A DNA stretch of 64,000 bases from an uncultured delta proteobacterium (GCA_963778655.1 CAVZVA010000005.1:96001-160000); one strand, 5' to 3'; positions 1-10,309 are shown, counted from the stretch's first letter. The notes: generated by a model not told the origin, from the letters alone. Translations and numbers: made by a program.

Positions 1-309
1 CAGGAACAGGTTGAGCATCAAGGTGGCGAGCTGGCGCTTGCGGATCACCTCGCGCAGGTCGAGCCCCTCCCAGCCCTTGCGCTGCGACAGCGCCTCGAAG
101 CGTCTCTGATCGAGCTCGACGCAGACCACGTCCGGGCGCTCGCGCGCGATCACCTCGCGCACCAGCGAGACCGATTCCTGCGAGACATGGGCGGTCCCCA
201 CCAGCACCAGGCGCCGCCCGTCGAGCACGAGCGTTTCGACCTCGTCGGGGTAGGCTTGCTGCAGAACGCTGGCCGGCTCGGGGGCCGCGTCCGACGCGCT
301 GTCGCTCAT
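1..309 (-). CDS. TraB/GumN family protein (5' part; runs off window start)
   Basis: Not in ORF track. Manual translation from ATG 309 gives MSDSASDAAPEPASVLQQAYPDEVETLVLDGRRLVLVGTAHVSQESVSLVREVIARERPDVVCVELDQRR; GTAHVS and PDxVCVELD are TraB family motifs. Confidence 0.85.
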   Translation of the reverse strand, partial: MSDSASDAAPEPASVLQQAYPDEVETLVLDGRRLVLVGTAHVSQESVSLVREVIARERPDVVCVELDQRRFEALSQRKGWEGLDLREVIRKRQLATLMLNLFL

Positions 310-388
310 GGTCGGCCCTCGCCCGGGTCACGGGCAGGAAATCCGCGGGTCGACCCGGCAGGTGGCATGGCGCCGCGCAGCATAGGAC

Positions 389-554
389 TAGTCGCCTGGA
401 TCCGTGATTTCTTGCCTGTATCGGCGCGGGTTCGGCGCTGCTCGCAAGGCGCGCGAGCGCAGGAATACTGCGTGGTATTTCAAGCTCGCGCAACGCCGCG
501 AGCGGTGGCGAGGGCGTGTCGAGATAGGTGAGGGATCACGGATCCAGGGGACTA
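389..554. mobile_element. 166-bp ERIC/MITE-like hairpin element (family A)
   Basis: TAGTCGCCTGGATCCGTGAT (389-408) and ATCACGGATCCAGGGGACTA (535-554) are inverted repeats (19/20) with TA at both ends; pairing continues inward to a loop at about 470-473. Confidence 0.75.
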
Positions 555-597
555 CGCGTTGGAATCGCAAACCACCGCGGCGAGAATAGCAGCAGCC

Positions 598-1413
598 ATG
601 ACCGGCTCGAGTCACCGCGTGCGCGTCGGTCCGCTGCCGCCCTGGCTGGACTTCCACCGGCTGCTGGGTCCTGGCGACTGGCAGATCGCGCCCGATGCCG
701 CCGGGAGGCTGCGCGCCCAGGCCGCGCTCGAGCGCGAGCAGGCCGCGGATCTGTTCGCGCGGCTGCGCGGCGTCGGCCTGGGTGGCGCGCCGCTTTCGCT
801 CGAGATCACCCCGGCGCTGCCGCGCGCTGCCGTGCGCGCGGCGCTCGCGGTCGAGGCCCGGCGCTATCGCCGGGGCAGCCCGGGCTTCACCCACCGGGGC
901 GCGCGCCTGGACGCCGAAGGACGGCGCTCGCTCACGCCCGAAACGCTGGCGCTCGAGCTCGGCCGGCGCGCCGCCGGCGTGCACGTGCTCGACGCCGGCT
1001 GCGGCGCTGGCGGCAACGCGATCGGCTTCGCGCGCGCGGGCTGCCGCGTGACGGCGATCGAGCACGACTCCGCGCGGCTGGCGCTGGCGCGCCACAACGC
1101 GCGGCTGTACGGCGTGCAGGACCGCATCCGCTTCGTCGCCGGCGACGCGCGCGCGCAGCTGGCCCAGCTGGCGGCCGACCTGCTGTTCGTCGACCCGCCG
1201 TGGGGTGCGCGCTACGACAAGGCGCGGGTTGCGCTCGCCGACCTCGGCCTGTTGCAGAGCCTGCTCGCGCAGCGCGCGCGCTTCGCCCAAACCTGGGCCA
1301 AGGTGCCGCCCTCGTTCGATCCGCAGACCGTGCCAGGGGTGCGGGTCGAGGCATTCTTCGGCGCGGGCGAAGGCGACGCCCGCCGCGTGAAGTTTCTGCT
1401 GCTGCAGCTGTAG
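598..1413 (+). CDS. SAM-dependent methyltransferase, Tgs1 (RNA cap guanine-N2)-like
   Basis: LDAEGRRSLTPETLA, VLDAGCGAGGNAIGFA, ARHNARLYGVQDRIRFVAGD and LFVDPPWG, collinear with Tgs1 family motifs. Confidence 0.75.
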   Translation: MTGSSHRVRVGPLPPWLDFHRLLGPGDWQIAPDAAGRLRAQAALEREQAADLFARLRGVGLGGAPLSLEITPALPRAAVRAALAVEARRYRRGSPGFTHRGARLDAEGRRSLTPETLALELGRRAAGVHVLDAGCGAGGNAIGFARAGCRVTAIEHDSARLALARHNARLYGVQDRIRFVAGDARAQLAQLAADLLFVDPPWGARYDKARVALADLGLLQSLLAQRARFAQTWAKVPPSFDPQTVPGVRVEAFFGAGEGDARRVKFLLLQL

Positions 1414-1652
1414 CAGCCGGGGTCGGCACGCCGCGGCGGGCGCGCCGGCATTGTTGGCGGGTCCCGGCGATCGATGATAGGAGGTCGATAGGCCGGCTGC
1501 TCCGGCCGCGGGCGGCGCCGGGGCTGTCGCCGCGAGCGCTCTGGAGCGCCTCCCGCGAGCCGGGCCCGCGCGGCTGCTCACCGCGCGGGTCGCGCGGCCC
1601 GCGCGTCGCGCTCATGCGCGTGAGGCGCGCCGCGTCGCGCAGGAGGTTCGAG

Positions 1653-2999
1653 GTGAGTCACACGCAAGACTGGCTCGATGTGATCCAAATCCAGCTGCGC
1701 CAGCTCGGCCTTGCGCCAAGCCTGGCGGGAAGCGCCGCGCAGGTGGTGGCCGTCGGCATCATCCTGGCGGCCTGTTGGCTCGCGTACTACCTGGCCAGGA
1801 GGTTCATCCTGGCTTGGGTCAAGCTGTTCGCGAGCAGGACCGAGAACCACTGGGACGACATTCTGGTCGCACGCGGCGTCTTCGACCGGCTCTCGCACCT
1901 GGCGCCGGGATTGGTCGCCTACGCGCTGTTGCCGCTGGTGTTCTCCGATGCGGGCGGGGCGCAGGCCGCGATCCGTCGCGTCGCGCTGGCGTACATGGTG
2001 ATCACCGGCACGCTGGCGGTGGACGCGCTGCTGTCCGCGCTGGTCCAGATCTACGAGAGCTTCGCTGTCGCGCGCACCCACCCCATCAACACCTACGTGC
2101 AGGTGGTGAAGATCGCGGTGTACCTGGTGGCCGGCATCGTGGTGCTGGCCACGCTGCTCGATCGTTCTCCGTGGGGCTTTCTGACGGGCCTGGGCGCGCT
2201 GACCGCCGTGCTGATCTTGGTCTTCAGGGACACCATCCTCGGCTTCGTGGCCAGCGTGCAATTGATCGCCAACGACATGGTGCGGCGCGGCGACTGGATC
2301 GAGGTGCCCAAGTACGGGGCCGACGGAGACGTGATCGACATCTCCGTGGCGACCGTGAAGGTCCAGAACTGGGACAAGACGATCTCGATGATTCCGACCT
2401 ACGCCTTGATCTCGGAGAGCTTCAAGAACTGGCGCGGCATGAGCGAGTCGGGGGGGCGCCGCATCAAGCGCGCGATCTACATCGACATGCTCAGCGTGCG
2501 CTTCTGCGACGACGCGATGCTCGACCGCTTCGAGCGCATCGCGGTGCTCGCCGACTACGTGCGCGAGCGCCGCAAGGAGATCGAGGGCTACAACCGGGAA
2601 CAGGGTTTGGACCCCGGCGAGGTGGTCAACGGCCGGCGCATGACGAACCTCGGCACCTTCCGCGCGTACGTGGTCGCGTACCTGCGCAGGCATGCCAAGA
2701 TCCGCCAGAACATGACCTTTCTGGTGCGCCAGCTCGCGCCCGGACCGACCGGCCTTCCGATCGAGATCTACGCGTTCAGCGCCGATCAGGCCTGGGCCAA
2801 CTACGAGAGCATCCAGGCCGACATCTTCGACCACCTGCTGGCGGTGGTTCCCGAGTTCGGGCTCAACGTCTTCCAGAACCCGAGCTCCGCCGACCTGCGC
2901 CACGCGCTGGCGGCGCTGCCCGCGGAAGGCTCGGCGTTGGCCGCGTCGAGACCGGCGCGCGTGCAGGCGCTCGATGGAGGACCCCCGGCCGGGGGATGA
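1653..2999 (+). CDS. MscS family mechanosensitive channel (YbdG/MscM-like)
   Basis: AGGAGG RBS at 1641-1646 before GTG; several TM segments; GDWIEVPKYGADGDV, VKVQNWDKTI, FKNWRGMSESGGRRIKR. Confidence 0.92.
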   Translation: MSHTQDWLDVIQIQLRQLGLAPSLAGSAAQVVAVGIILAACWLAYYLARRFILAWVKLFASRTENHWDDILVARGVFDRLSHLAPGLVAYALLPLVFSDAGGAQAAIRRVALAYMVITGTLAVDALLSALVQIYESFAVARTHPINTYVQVVKIAVYLVAGIVVLATLLDRSPWGFLTGLGALTAVLILVFRDTILGFVASVQLIANDMVRRGDWIEVPKYGADGDVIDISVATVKVQNWDKTISMIPTYALISESFKNWRGMSESGGRRIKRAIYIDMLSVRFCDDAMLDRFERIAVLADYVRERRKEIEGYNREQGLDPGEVVNGRRMTNLGTFRAYVVAYLRRHAKIRQNMTFLVRQLAPGPTGLPIEIYAFSADQAWANYESIQADIFDHLLAVVPEFGLNVFQNPSSADLRHALAALPAEGSALAASRPARVQALDGGPPAGG

Positions 3000-3005
3000 C
3001 GCGGG

Positions 3006-4154
3006 ATGAACGCGGCTCGAGCACACCGGCCGTCGCCGTGCGCGCGTGCGCGGCTGCTCGTCACGGCCGCGCTCGACTGCGCGCTGCTCGTGCTCGCGTG
3101 CCCATCGAGCGCGGGGGCCGCGCCCGCTGCGCCGACCGTGGTGGCCGATGCCGGAGCCGCCGCGCCCGCTCCGCTGCGCGTGGCGGTGGCGGGAAGCCCG
3201 CCGTTCGTGTTGCGCGGCGCAGCAGGCGCGCCGGACGGGCTGAGCATCGAAGTCTGGCAGCGCGCCGCCGAGCGCTTGCACCTGGCTTACCGGTTTCTGC
3301 CCGCCGTGCACGTCGACCAGGCGCTCGGCCAGGTGGAGCATGGCGCAGCCGACGTGCTGGTGGGCCCGGTCAGCATCCTTGCCGAGCGCGCGACCCGTGT
3401 GGCGTTCACCCAGCCCTACTACTATTCGAGCCTGGCGATCGCGGCGCCCGCCGGCGGTGGCCTGCTCGAGCGTACGCGGGCGTTCCTGAACCGTGCGTTC
3501 GTCACGGCGGCAGCCGTGTTCGGCGCGATCCTGCTGGTGGTGGGCACGCTGGTGTGGCTGGCCGAGCGCCGCAAGAACCCGGCGCAATTTCCGCGAGAGC
3601 CTGCGCGCGGCATCGGCCACGGCATCTGGACGGCGCTGGTCACCATGACCACGGTCGGCTACGGCGACCACGTGCCGATCACGCTCCGCGGCCGCATCGT
3701 GATGGGCGCGTGGATGCTGGTCTCGATGGTCGCAGCCTCCTCGATCACCGCGTTCCTCGCCACGGCGCTGACGGTTTCTCAGATCGATCGCGCGCGCTTT
3801 TCCAGCGCCGACCAGCTAAGGGGCCGTCGCGTCAGTGTGGTGCGAGGCACTGTCTCGCAGCGCTTCGCCCGCGCGCAGCACGCACGCCCGGTACCGGCCA
3901 AGGACCTCGACGCCGCGATCGCGCTGGTGCGCAAGGGAAAGGCCGAGGCCCTGGTGTTCGACGAGCCGATCTTGCGCTACGCGCTCGAGCAGCGCCCGGA
4001 CGTCGACCTGGAGATCTCGGCTGCGACCTACTGGCCCCAGGCCTACGGCTTCGCGCTGCCCCGCGGCGCCGCCTTGCGCGACGCGCTGAGTGTCGAGCTG
4101 TTGCGATTGCAGGAGTCGGGCGAGCTCGACGCCATCACCAACCGCTGGCTCTGA
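3006..4154 (+). CDS. GluR0-type ligand-gated K+ channel (S1-M1-P-M2-S2)
   Basis: SBP-3 lobes (GSPPFV, ERATRVAFTQPYY; GTVS, FDEPIL, YGFAL) split by two TM helices and the K+ filter TMTTVGYGD. Confidence 0.88.
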   Translation: MNAARAHRPSPCARARLLVTAALDCALLVLACPSSAGAAPAAPTVVADAGAAAPAPLRVAVAGSPPFVLRGAAGAPDGLSIEVWQRAAERLHLAYRFLPAVHVDQALGQVEHGAADVLVGPVSILAERATRVAFTQPYYYSSLAIAAPAGGGLLERTRAFLNRAFVTAAAVFGAILLVVGTLVWLAERRKNPAQFPREPARGIGHGIWTALVTMTTVGYGDHVPITLRGRIVMGAWMLVSMVAASSITAFLATALTVSQIDRARFSSADQLRGRRVSVVRGTVSQRFARAQHARPVPAKDLDAAIALVRKGKAEALVFDEPILRYALEQRPDVDLEISAATYWPQAYGFALPRGAALRDALSVELLRLQESGELDAITNRWL

Positions 4155-4213
4155 CTCGGTTTCGCCCTCTTCCAACGGCCCTCGCTCGTCCAGCGCTTTT
4201 CGTGCCAACCGTG
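4148..4213. repeat. Truncated left arm of hairpin element family B
   Basis: GCTCTGACTCGGTTTCGCCCTCTTCCAACGGCCCTCGCTCGTCCAGCGCTTTTCGTGCC aligns with 59298-59357 (about 49/56 identities from the TGA onward, manual count). Confidence 0.75.
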
Positions 4214-4214
4214 G

Positions 4215-5207
4215 CTACTGCGCGCGCACGTCGCGGACCTGGCCGGGCGCCGTCTCGGGCGAGGCCGGCATGCGCTGCTGCTGTTGCTCCAGCACCTTCT
4301 TGATCCTGTCTTGCTCGGCCTGACGGGCGCGCGTGGCGGCTGATTGCTGCGCTTGCTGCGCTCCGGCCATGCCCGCGGCCTTGTCCTGCTGGGCGCCCCC
4401 TGCGGTGCCGGCTTGCCCGCGCTGCGCGCTCACCACGCCGGCGGCCTTGCCCTGGTTGCGTTGCGAGGCCGCCAGCGACTGCGCCGGGGTCATCAGGGTG
4501 GCGGTCCTTTGACCGGGCGCGCTCTGGGCGGCGACCCCGCCCGCGCGGGTCGTGCCCGAGCCGGTCTTGGCGGCCGCCGCGCCCGCGCCGGGTCGTTGCG
4601 CGGGCGCGACGACCTGGCTGGCGCTGGTGACGGCATGCTGCGCGGTGGTTTGGGCCGCGGCGCTCTGCGCAGCCTGCGCGGCGTTTTGCTGCGCGGCGGC
4701 TTGCGTGGCTGCCGCGCTGTTCGACGCGGCCGCCGCGCTCGCCGCCGCGTTTTGCTGCGCGGCGGGCTGGCTCGCCGCGGCGTTTTGCTGCGCGGCAGCC
4801 CCGGTGGCCGCAGCGCTCCGCGCGGCTTGCGCCGCGGCGCTCTGCGCCTGGCTCGGCGCGACCGCTGTCTGGGTGCTCTGCGGTGTGCCGGTTTGCACCT
4901 GAGTGACGTCCGGCGCCGGGCGAGCCGCTTGGCTCGCGGGCTGAGTCATCGCAGCCGTGGCGGCGCCGCTGCCGCCGCTGCTCGCCTGCGCCGTGCCCGA
5001 GCCGTTGGTGCTCGCGCCGCCGCTCGCCGGCGCGCTGGTCGCGGGTGTGGCTGGAGCCGGATTCTCGGAGCCCGCGCTCGCGCTGCTACTGCCGCTCTGA
5101 GTCGAGTACGACGTGCCGAAGGTCGAGTGCACCTCGCAGGCGCCCAGCGCCAGCGCGATCAGTGGGAGCACAAAGCGGGAGGCATTCGATGGCATAGGCT
5201 TCCTCAT
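4215..5207 (-). CDS. Ala/Gln/Ser-rich low-complexity lipoprotein
   Basis: Signal peptide with lipobox LALGAC; AAQQNAA repeated three times. Start could instead be 5195. Confidence 0.65.
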   Translation of the reverse strand: MRKPMPSNASRFVLPLIALALGACEVHSTFGTSYSTQSGSSSASAGSENPAPATPATSAPASGGASTNGSGTAQASSGGSGAATAAMTQPASQAARPAPDVTQVQTGTPQSTQTAVAPSQAQSAAAQAARSAAATGAAAQQNAAASQPAAQQNAAASAAAASNSAAATQAAAQQNAAQAAQSAAAQTTAQHAVTSASQVVAPAQRPGAGAAAAKTGSGTTRAGGVAAQSAPGQRTATLMTPAQSLAASQRNQGKAAGVVSAQRGQAGTAGGAQQDKAAGMAGAQQAQQSAATRARQAEQDRIKKVLEQQQQRMPASPETAPGQVRDVRAQ

Positions 5208-5282
5208 GACGACGTGGCTGCAAAGGTCTGACGAGAGCATTGCCGCGCGATTCACCGCGCGGTACGGCTGCTGCTGCTGCTA

Positions 5283-6541
<1,259 letters not shown>

Positions 6542-6633
6542 AGGCCGCGCAATGTAGCACCGAACGCCCGTGCCGGCAGCATACCGGGACCGGACGGGGC
6601 CCGCGGCCTGCGCTACAGTGGGCGCCAGGCCGC

Positions 6634-7362
6634 ATGGCTCACCGGGACGTCATTCGCATCCGCGGGCTCGAGGTCGACTGCGTGGTCGGCGTGTACCCGC
6701 GCGAGCGCGCCCGGCCGCAGCCGCTGGTGCTCGACGCCGCGCTGTGCCTGGACACCGAGCGCGCCGCGCGCGAGGAGCGGCTGCGGCATTCGATCGACTA
6801 CGCGCAGCTCAGCGCGCAGCTCGCATTCCTGCTGAGGAGCTGCCGCTTCCGCATGCTGGAGACCGCCGCGTACGCGTTGTGCCGATACCTGCTCGCGCCG
6901 CCCTCGGCCGGCGAGCGGCGCGCCGCGCTCGCGTCGGTGCGCCTGAGGTTGACCAAGCCCACGGCGCTGGCCGGGCACGCGGTGCCTTCGCTGGAGATCG
7001 AGCGCGAGGCCGGCTGGTACGAGCTGGCGCAGGAGCACAAGCCCTTCGGCACCGTCGACGTCATCCACGAGACGCGCGACGCGGGCATCTACCGCCTCAA
7101 CGTCGCCCCGCAGCGCAGCATCCCGCTGCACGTGCACAGGGTGATGCAGGAAGCCGAGATGGTGCTGAGCGCGGGCCTGACCTGCCAGGGCAAGCCCGTG
7201 GCAGCAGGCACCGTGCACCGCTGGCCGCTGGGCGCTGCGCACTGCTATCACAACCCGACGCGCAGGTCGCAGACCATCCTGTGCGTGGACTCGCCGCCGT
7301 TCCAGCAAGACGACGAGATCGCGGTCGCGGGTGAGCCGGCCGAGGTCCGCGCCGAGCCATGA
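6634..7362 (+). CDS. folB: Dihydroneopterin aldolase (FolB) fused to a C-terminal cupin domain
   Basis: IRGLEVDCVVGVYPRER..QPLVLD, SIDYAQL, MLETAA, LTKP; then cupin motifs PLHVHRVMQE and AAHCYHN. Confidence 0.8.
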   Translation: MAHRDVIRIRGLEVDCVVGVYPRERARPQPLVLDAALCLDTERAAREERLRHSIDYAQLSAQLAFLLRSCRFRMLETAAYALCRYLLAPPSAGERRAALASVRLRLTKPTALAGHAVPSLEIEREAGWYELAQEHKPFGTVDVIHETRDAGIYRLNVAPQRSIPLHVHRVMQEAEMVLSAGLTCQGKPVAAGTVHRWPLGAAHCYHNPTRRSQTILCVDSPPFQQDDEIAVAGEPAEVRAEP

Positions 7363-7429
7363 AGCCGCGCGCCCCGAGCCGGCGGGTCGGTGCGGCGCGC
7401 GCGGGGGCGCAGGCAGGCGAGGGCGCAGC

Positions 7430-8209
7430 ATGAGCAAGCAGCCCGCGGGCGCGCTGCCGGCGCGCGTGCTGCTGACCGGCGCCAGCCGCGGCATCGGCCG
7501 CGCGATCGCCGAGGCACTGCTCGGCCGCGGCGTGCGGCTCGCGCTGGTCGGACGCGAGCGTGGCACGCTCGAAGCGGTGCTCGGCGGCGCGCGCGGGCAC
7601 GCCGTGCTGGTCGCCGATCTGCAGCGGCTGGATGCCGCCGAGGCCTGCGTGGAGCAGGCTGCGTCCGCGCTCGGCGGGCTCGAGGCCTTCGTGGCTTGCG
7701 CGGGGGTGGCGAATCACGCGCAGGTGGGGGCGATCGGGCGCGGCGCGCTCGAGCGCCAGCTCGCGGTCAACTTCAGCGCGCCCTTCATGATGGCTCAGCG
7801 CGCCGCCGATCACATCGCGCGCGCGGGCGGCGGCTCGATCCTGCTGATCGCCAGCACGCTGGGGCTGCAGCCGCCTGCCGCCGGCACATCGGCCTACGCG
7901 GCGAGCAAAGCCGCGCTGATCTCGATGGCGCGCTCGTTCGCGCTCGAGCTGGGGCCGCGCGGGGTGCGCGTCAACGCGATCGCGCCCGGCGTGGTCGATA
8001 CCGAGATGGCGCGCGCGCCGCACGCGGGCGCGGCGGACAAGAGCGTGGGGGCGCGGCTCGAGGCGCTGCGCGCGCTGCACCCGCTCGGCCGGCTGGGCCG
8101 ACCAGAGGACGTGGCCGAAAGCGCCCTCTATTTGCTGGCGGCGCCCTACGTGACCGGTGCGGTGATGGTGGTCGATGGTGGGCTGCTGCTCGGCCAGGGC
8201 GTGTCGTGA
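7430..8209 (+). CDS. Classical SDR family oxidoreductase
   Basis: TGASRGIG, YAASK, VRVNAIAPG, VDGG. Confidence 0.9.
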   Translation: MSKQPAGALPARVLLTGASRGIGRAIAEALLGRGVRLALVGRERGTLEAVLGGARGHAVLVADLQRLDAAEACVEQAASALGGLEAFVACAGVANHAQVGAIGRGALERQLAVNFSAPFMMAQRAADHIARAGGGSILLIASTLGLQPPAAGTSAYAASKAALISMARSFALELGPRGVRVNAIAPGVVDTEMARAPHAGAADKSVGARLEALRALHPLGRLGRPEDVAESALYLLAAPYVTGAVMVVDGGLLLGQGVS

Positions 8210-8299
8210 AGAAAGCCCGCTCGCTGCGCGTCGGCTTTGTGGGAGACGCGGGCCGTGGTAGAAATCGATACGGACGCGTGGCCCACGAGGGATGGAGTC

Positions 8300-8923
8300 A
8301 TGAAACGCGTGCGCTTGGTCAGTTGCTCTTGCATGCTCTTGCTGCTGGCGTCCGGGGGGCTGCCGGCCGCGGCACAGGCCGGCGCCGGACCCGTGATCAG
8401 CGCCGAGGTGCGCCACGGTGAGATCGACTCGCGCCTGGTGCCACACCCCGGGACCAGCGCGCAGCTCGGTCGCGCGGTCGCGCTGGTCGCGGCGCCGGCC
8501 GCGGACGTCACCGCGGTGCTGCAGAACTATGCGGGCTACCGCACCTTCCTGCCCAACTTCGAGACCTCGCGCGTGCTGTCGCAGCGTGGCGCTTCCGCGC
8601 TGGTCTACCTGCAGGTGAGCATCCTGCACGGCGCGGCCAAGATCTGGGTCGAGGTCAAGCTGCGCCCGAAGCAACTCGACGGCGGGACGCGCGTGATCGA
8701 GGCCACCATGCTCAAGGGCAACGTCAGCCGCTTCGAGGCGAGCTGGGAGATCACGCCCGTCGATCCGCAGCACACCCTGGTCGCGTTTCAGATCTTCGTC
8801 GATCCCGACATGCCAGTGCCGACCAGCCTGATCGATCACGAGAACCAGAAGAACGCCCGCAAGGCAGTCGGCGCGCTGCGCGATCTGATGGCCCAGCGCA
8901 AGGACGCTCGCAAAGCGTCCTGA
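8300..8923 (+). CDS. Secreted SRPBCC/START (polyketide cyclase-like) protein
   Basis: N-terminal hydrophobic signal (AQA-type cleavage site); NYAGYRTFLPNFETSRVL; GNVSRFEASW; C-terminal helix. Confidence 0.7.
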   Translation: MKRVRLVSCSCMLLLLASGGLPAAAQAGAGPVISAEVRHGEIDSRLVPHPGTSAQLGRAVALVAAPAADVTAVLQNYAGYRTFLPNFETSRVLSQRGASALVYLQVSILHGAAKIWVEVKLRPKQLDGGTRVIEATMLKGNVSRFEASWEITPVDPQHTLVAFQIFVDPDMPVPTSLIDHENQKNARKAVGALRDLMAQRKDARKAS

Positions 8924-8938
8924 GCAGGCGCGATATTT

Positions 8939-10309
8939 CTAACTTCTCCGCGGCGGCGGTCGCGACAAGAACATCTCCATCACGCCGGCGCCCTCGCCTG
9001 TGGCTTGGGCTTGCTGGAGCTTCTCCACCGCTTCCGGGCCGACCTGCTGCTCGATCACCCGGCGCACCATCGGTGTGATGGTGTAGCCCGCGGGCAGCTC
9101 GGGCGCGTCGTCGACCCTGCGCGCCATGGCTGCGTCGACCACCTTGGCCAGGCGCTGCTGCTTGGCTGCGACCAGCTTGGCGTCGCGTTCCTGGAACTCG
9201 GGCATCACCTCTTTGGCGAACAGCTCGAGCGACTCCATGATGTGCTCGTGCTTGTTGCGGCCCGCTTGCAGCACGAAGATGATCTGGTCGACGCCGGCCT
9301 GCTCGTAGCGGCGCACGTAGTCGCGTAGCTGCGCCGGCGTGCCCACCGCACCGCGCAGCCCTTGGGTCTCGCCCGCGGCCACCTTCGCACCGAGCCGCTC
9401 CTGCTCCAGCGCGAGCGCCACCTCGGGCGAGTATCCCATCTGCGCGCGCTTGTCCTGGAACTCCTGCCAGACGTCGGTCTTGCCTGGAACGTGCTTGCCG
9501 AAGACGTAGAAGTGCGCCAGCGAGTAGCCGAAGAAGTTCGCGCCTTCGAGCCCGCGCGCAATCGCTTCGCGCTCGTCGTGGTGCAGCATCATCGGGCTGA
9601 CGCAGGCCACCTGCGGGTTGACGGCCAGCCCGATCGGCTTGCACTCCTCGGCCAACACCCGCTCGTAGTCCTGCACCCAGCCCTGCGCCTCCTCCGGGTC
9701 GATGAACGCGAAAGTGAGCGCGCCGATGCCCTCGCGCGCGGCCAGCAGGATGGTGTCGCGTCGCGAGCAGGCTACCCACAATGGCGGGTGCGGCTTCTGC
9801 ACCGGCTTGGGCACGCAGTTGCGCGGCGGCATCTCGACGAAATCGCCCTTGAAGCCGGTGAAGGGCGTCTCGGTCATGCAGCGCAGCGCGACCTTCAGGC
9901 CCTCGCGCCACATCGCGCGCTTGTGCTCGACGTCGATGCGAAAGCCGCGCAGCTCCGCGCGCGAGGACGACTCGCCGGTGCCGAGCTCGACACGGCCTTT
10001 GGAGACCAGGTCGAGGGTGGCGATGCGCTCGGCGACGCGCGCCGGGTGGTTGTACGCGGGCGCCGTCTGCACGATGCCGTGGCCCAGGCGGATGTTCTTG
10101 GTGCGTTGGCTGCACGCGGCCAGAAACACCTCGGGCGCGCTCGAGTGCGAATACTCCTCGAGGAAGTGGTGCTCGACCTCCCAGACCGTGTCGAAACCGA
10201 GCTTGTCGGCGAGCTCGACTTGATCGAGCGCGTCCTGGAACAACTTGAGCTCCGCGCCGTCGCTCCAGGGCCGCGGCAACTGGTGCTCGTAGAAGATACC
10301 GAACTTCAC
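8939..10309 (-). CDS. LLM-class (luciferase-like) flavin-dependent oxidoreductase
   Basis: GTG start KFGIFYEHQLPRPW; VWEVEHHFLEEYSHSSAPE; GRVELGTG; PKPVQKPHPPLWVA. Confidence 0.9.
   Translation of the reverse strand: MKFGIFYEHQLPRPWSDGAELKLFQDALDQVELADKLGFDTVWEVEHHFLEEYSHSSAPEVFLAACSQRTKNIRLGHGIVQTAPAYNHPARVAERIATLDLVSKGRVELGTGESSSRAELRGFRIDVEHKRAMWREGLKVALRCMTETPFTGFKGDFVEMPPRNCVPKPVQKPHPPLWVACSRRDTILLAAREGIGALTFAFIDPEEAQGWVQDYERVLAEECKPIGLAVNPQVACVSPMMLHHDEREAIARGLEGANFFGYSLAHFYVFGKHVPGKTDVWQEFQDKRAQMGYSPEVALALEQERLGAKVAAGETQGLRGAVGTPAQLRDYVRRYEQAGVDQIIFVLQAGRNKHEHIMESLELFAKEVMPEFQERDAKLVAAKQQRLAKVVDAAMARRVDDAPELPAGYTITPMVRRVIEQQVGPEAVEKLQQAQATGEGAGVMEMFLSRPPPRRS

Noticed and set aside
404..589. 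61-aa ORF MISCLYRRGF...
   Set aside because: Lies almost entirely within palindromic element A; no RBS or domain, so probably a by-product of the repeat.
1531..1630. Several GC-rich hairpins upstream of mscS
   Set aside because: Stems are almost all G/C and expected by chance at this composition; no recognisable riboswitch motif.
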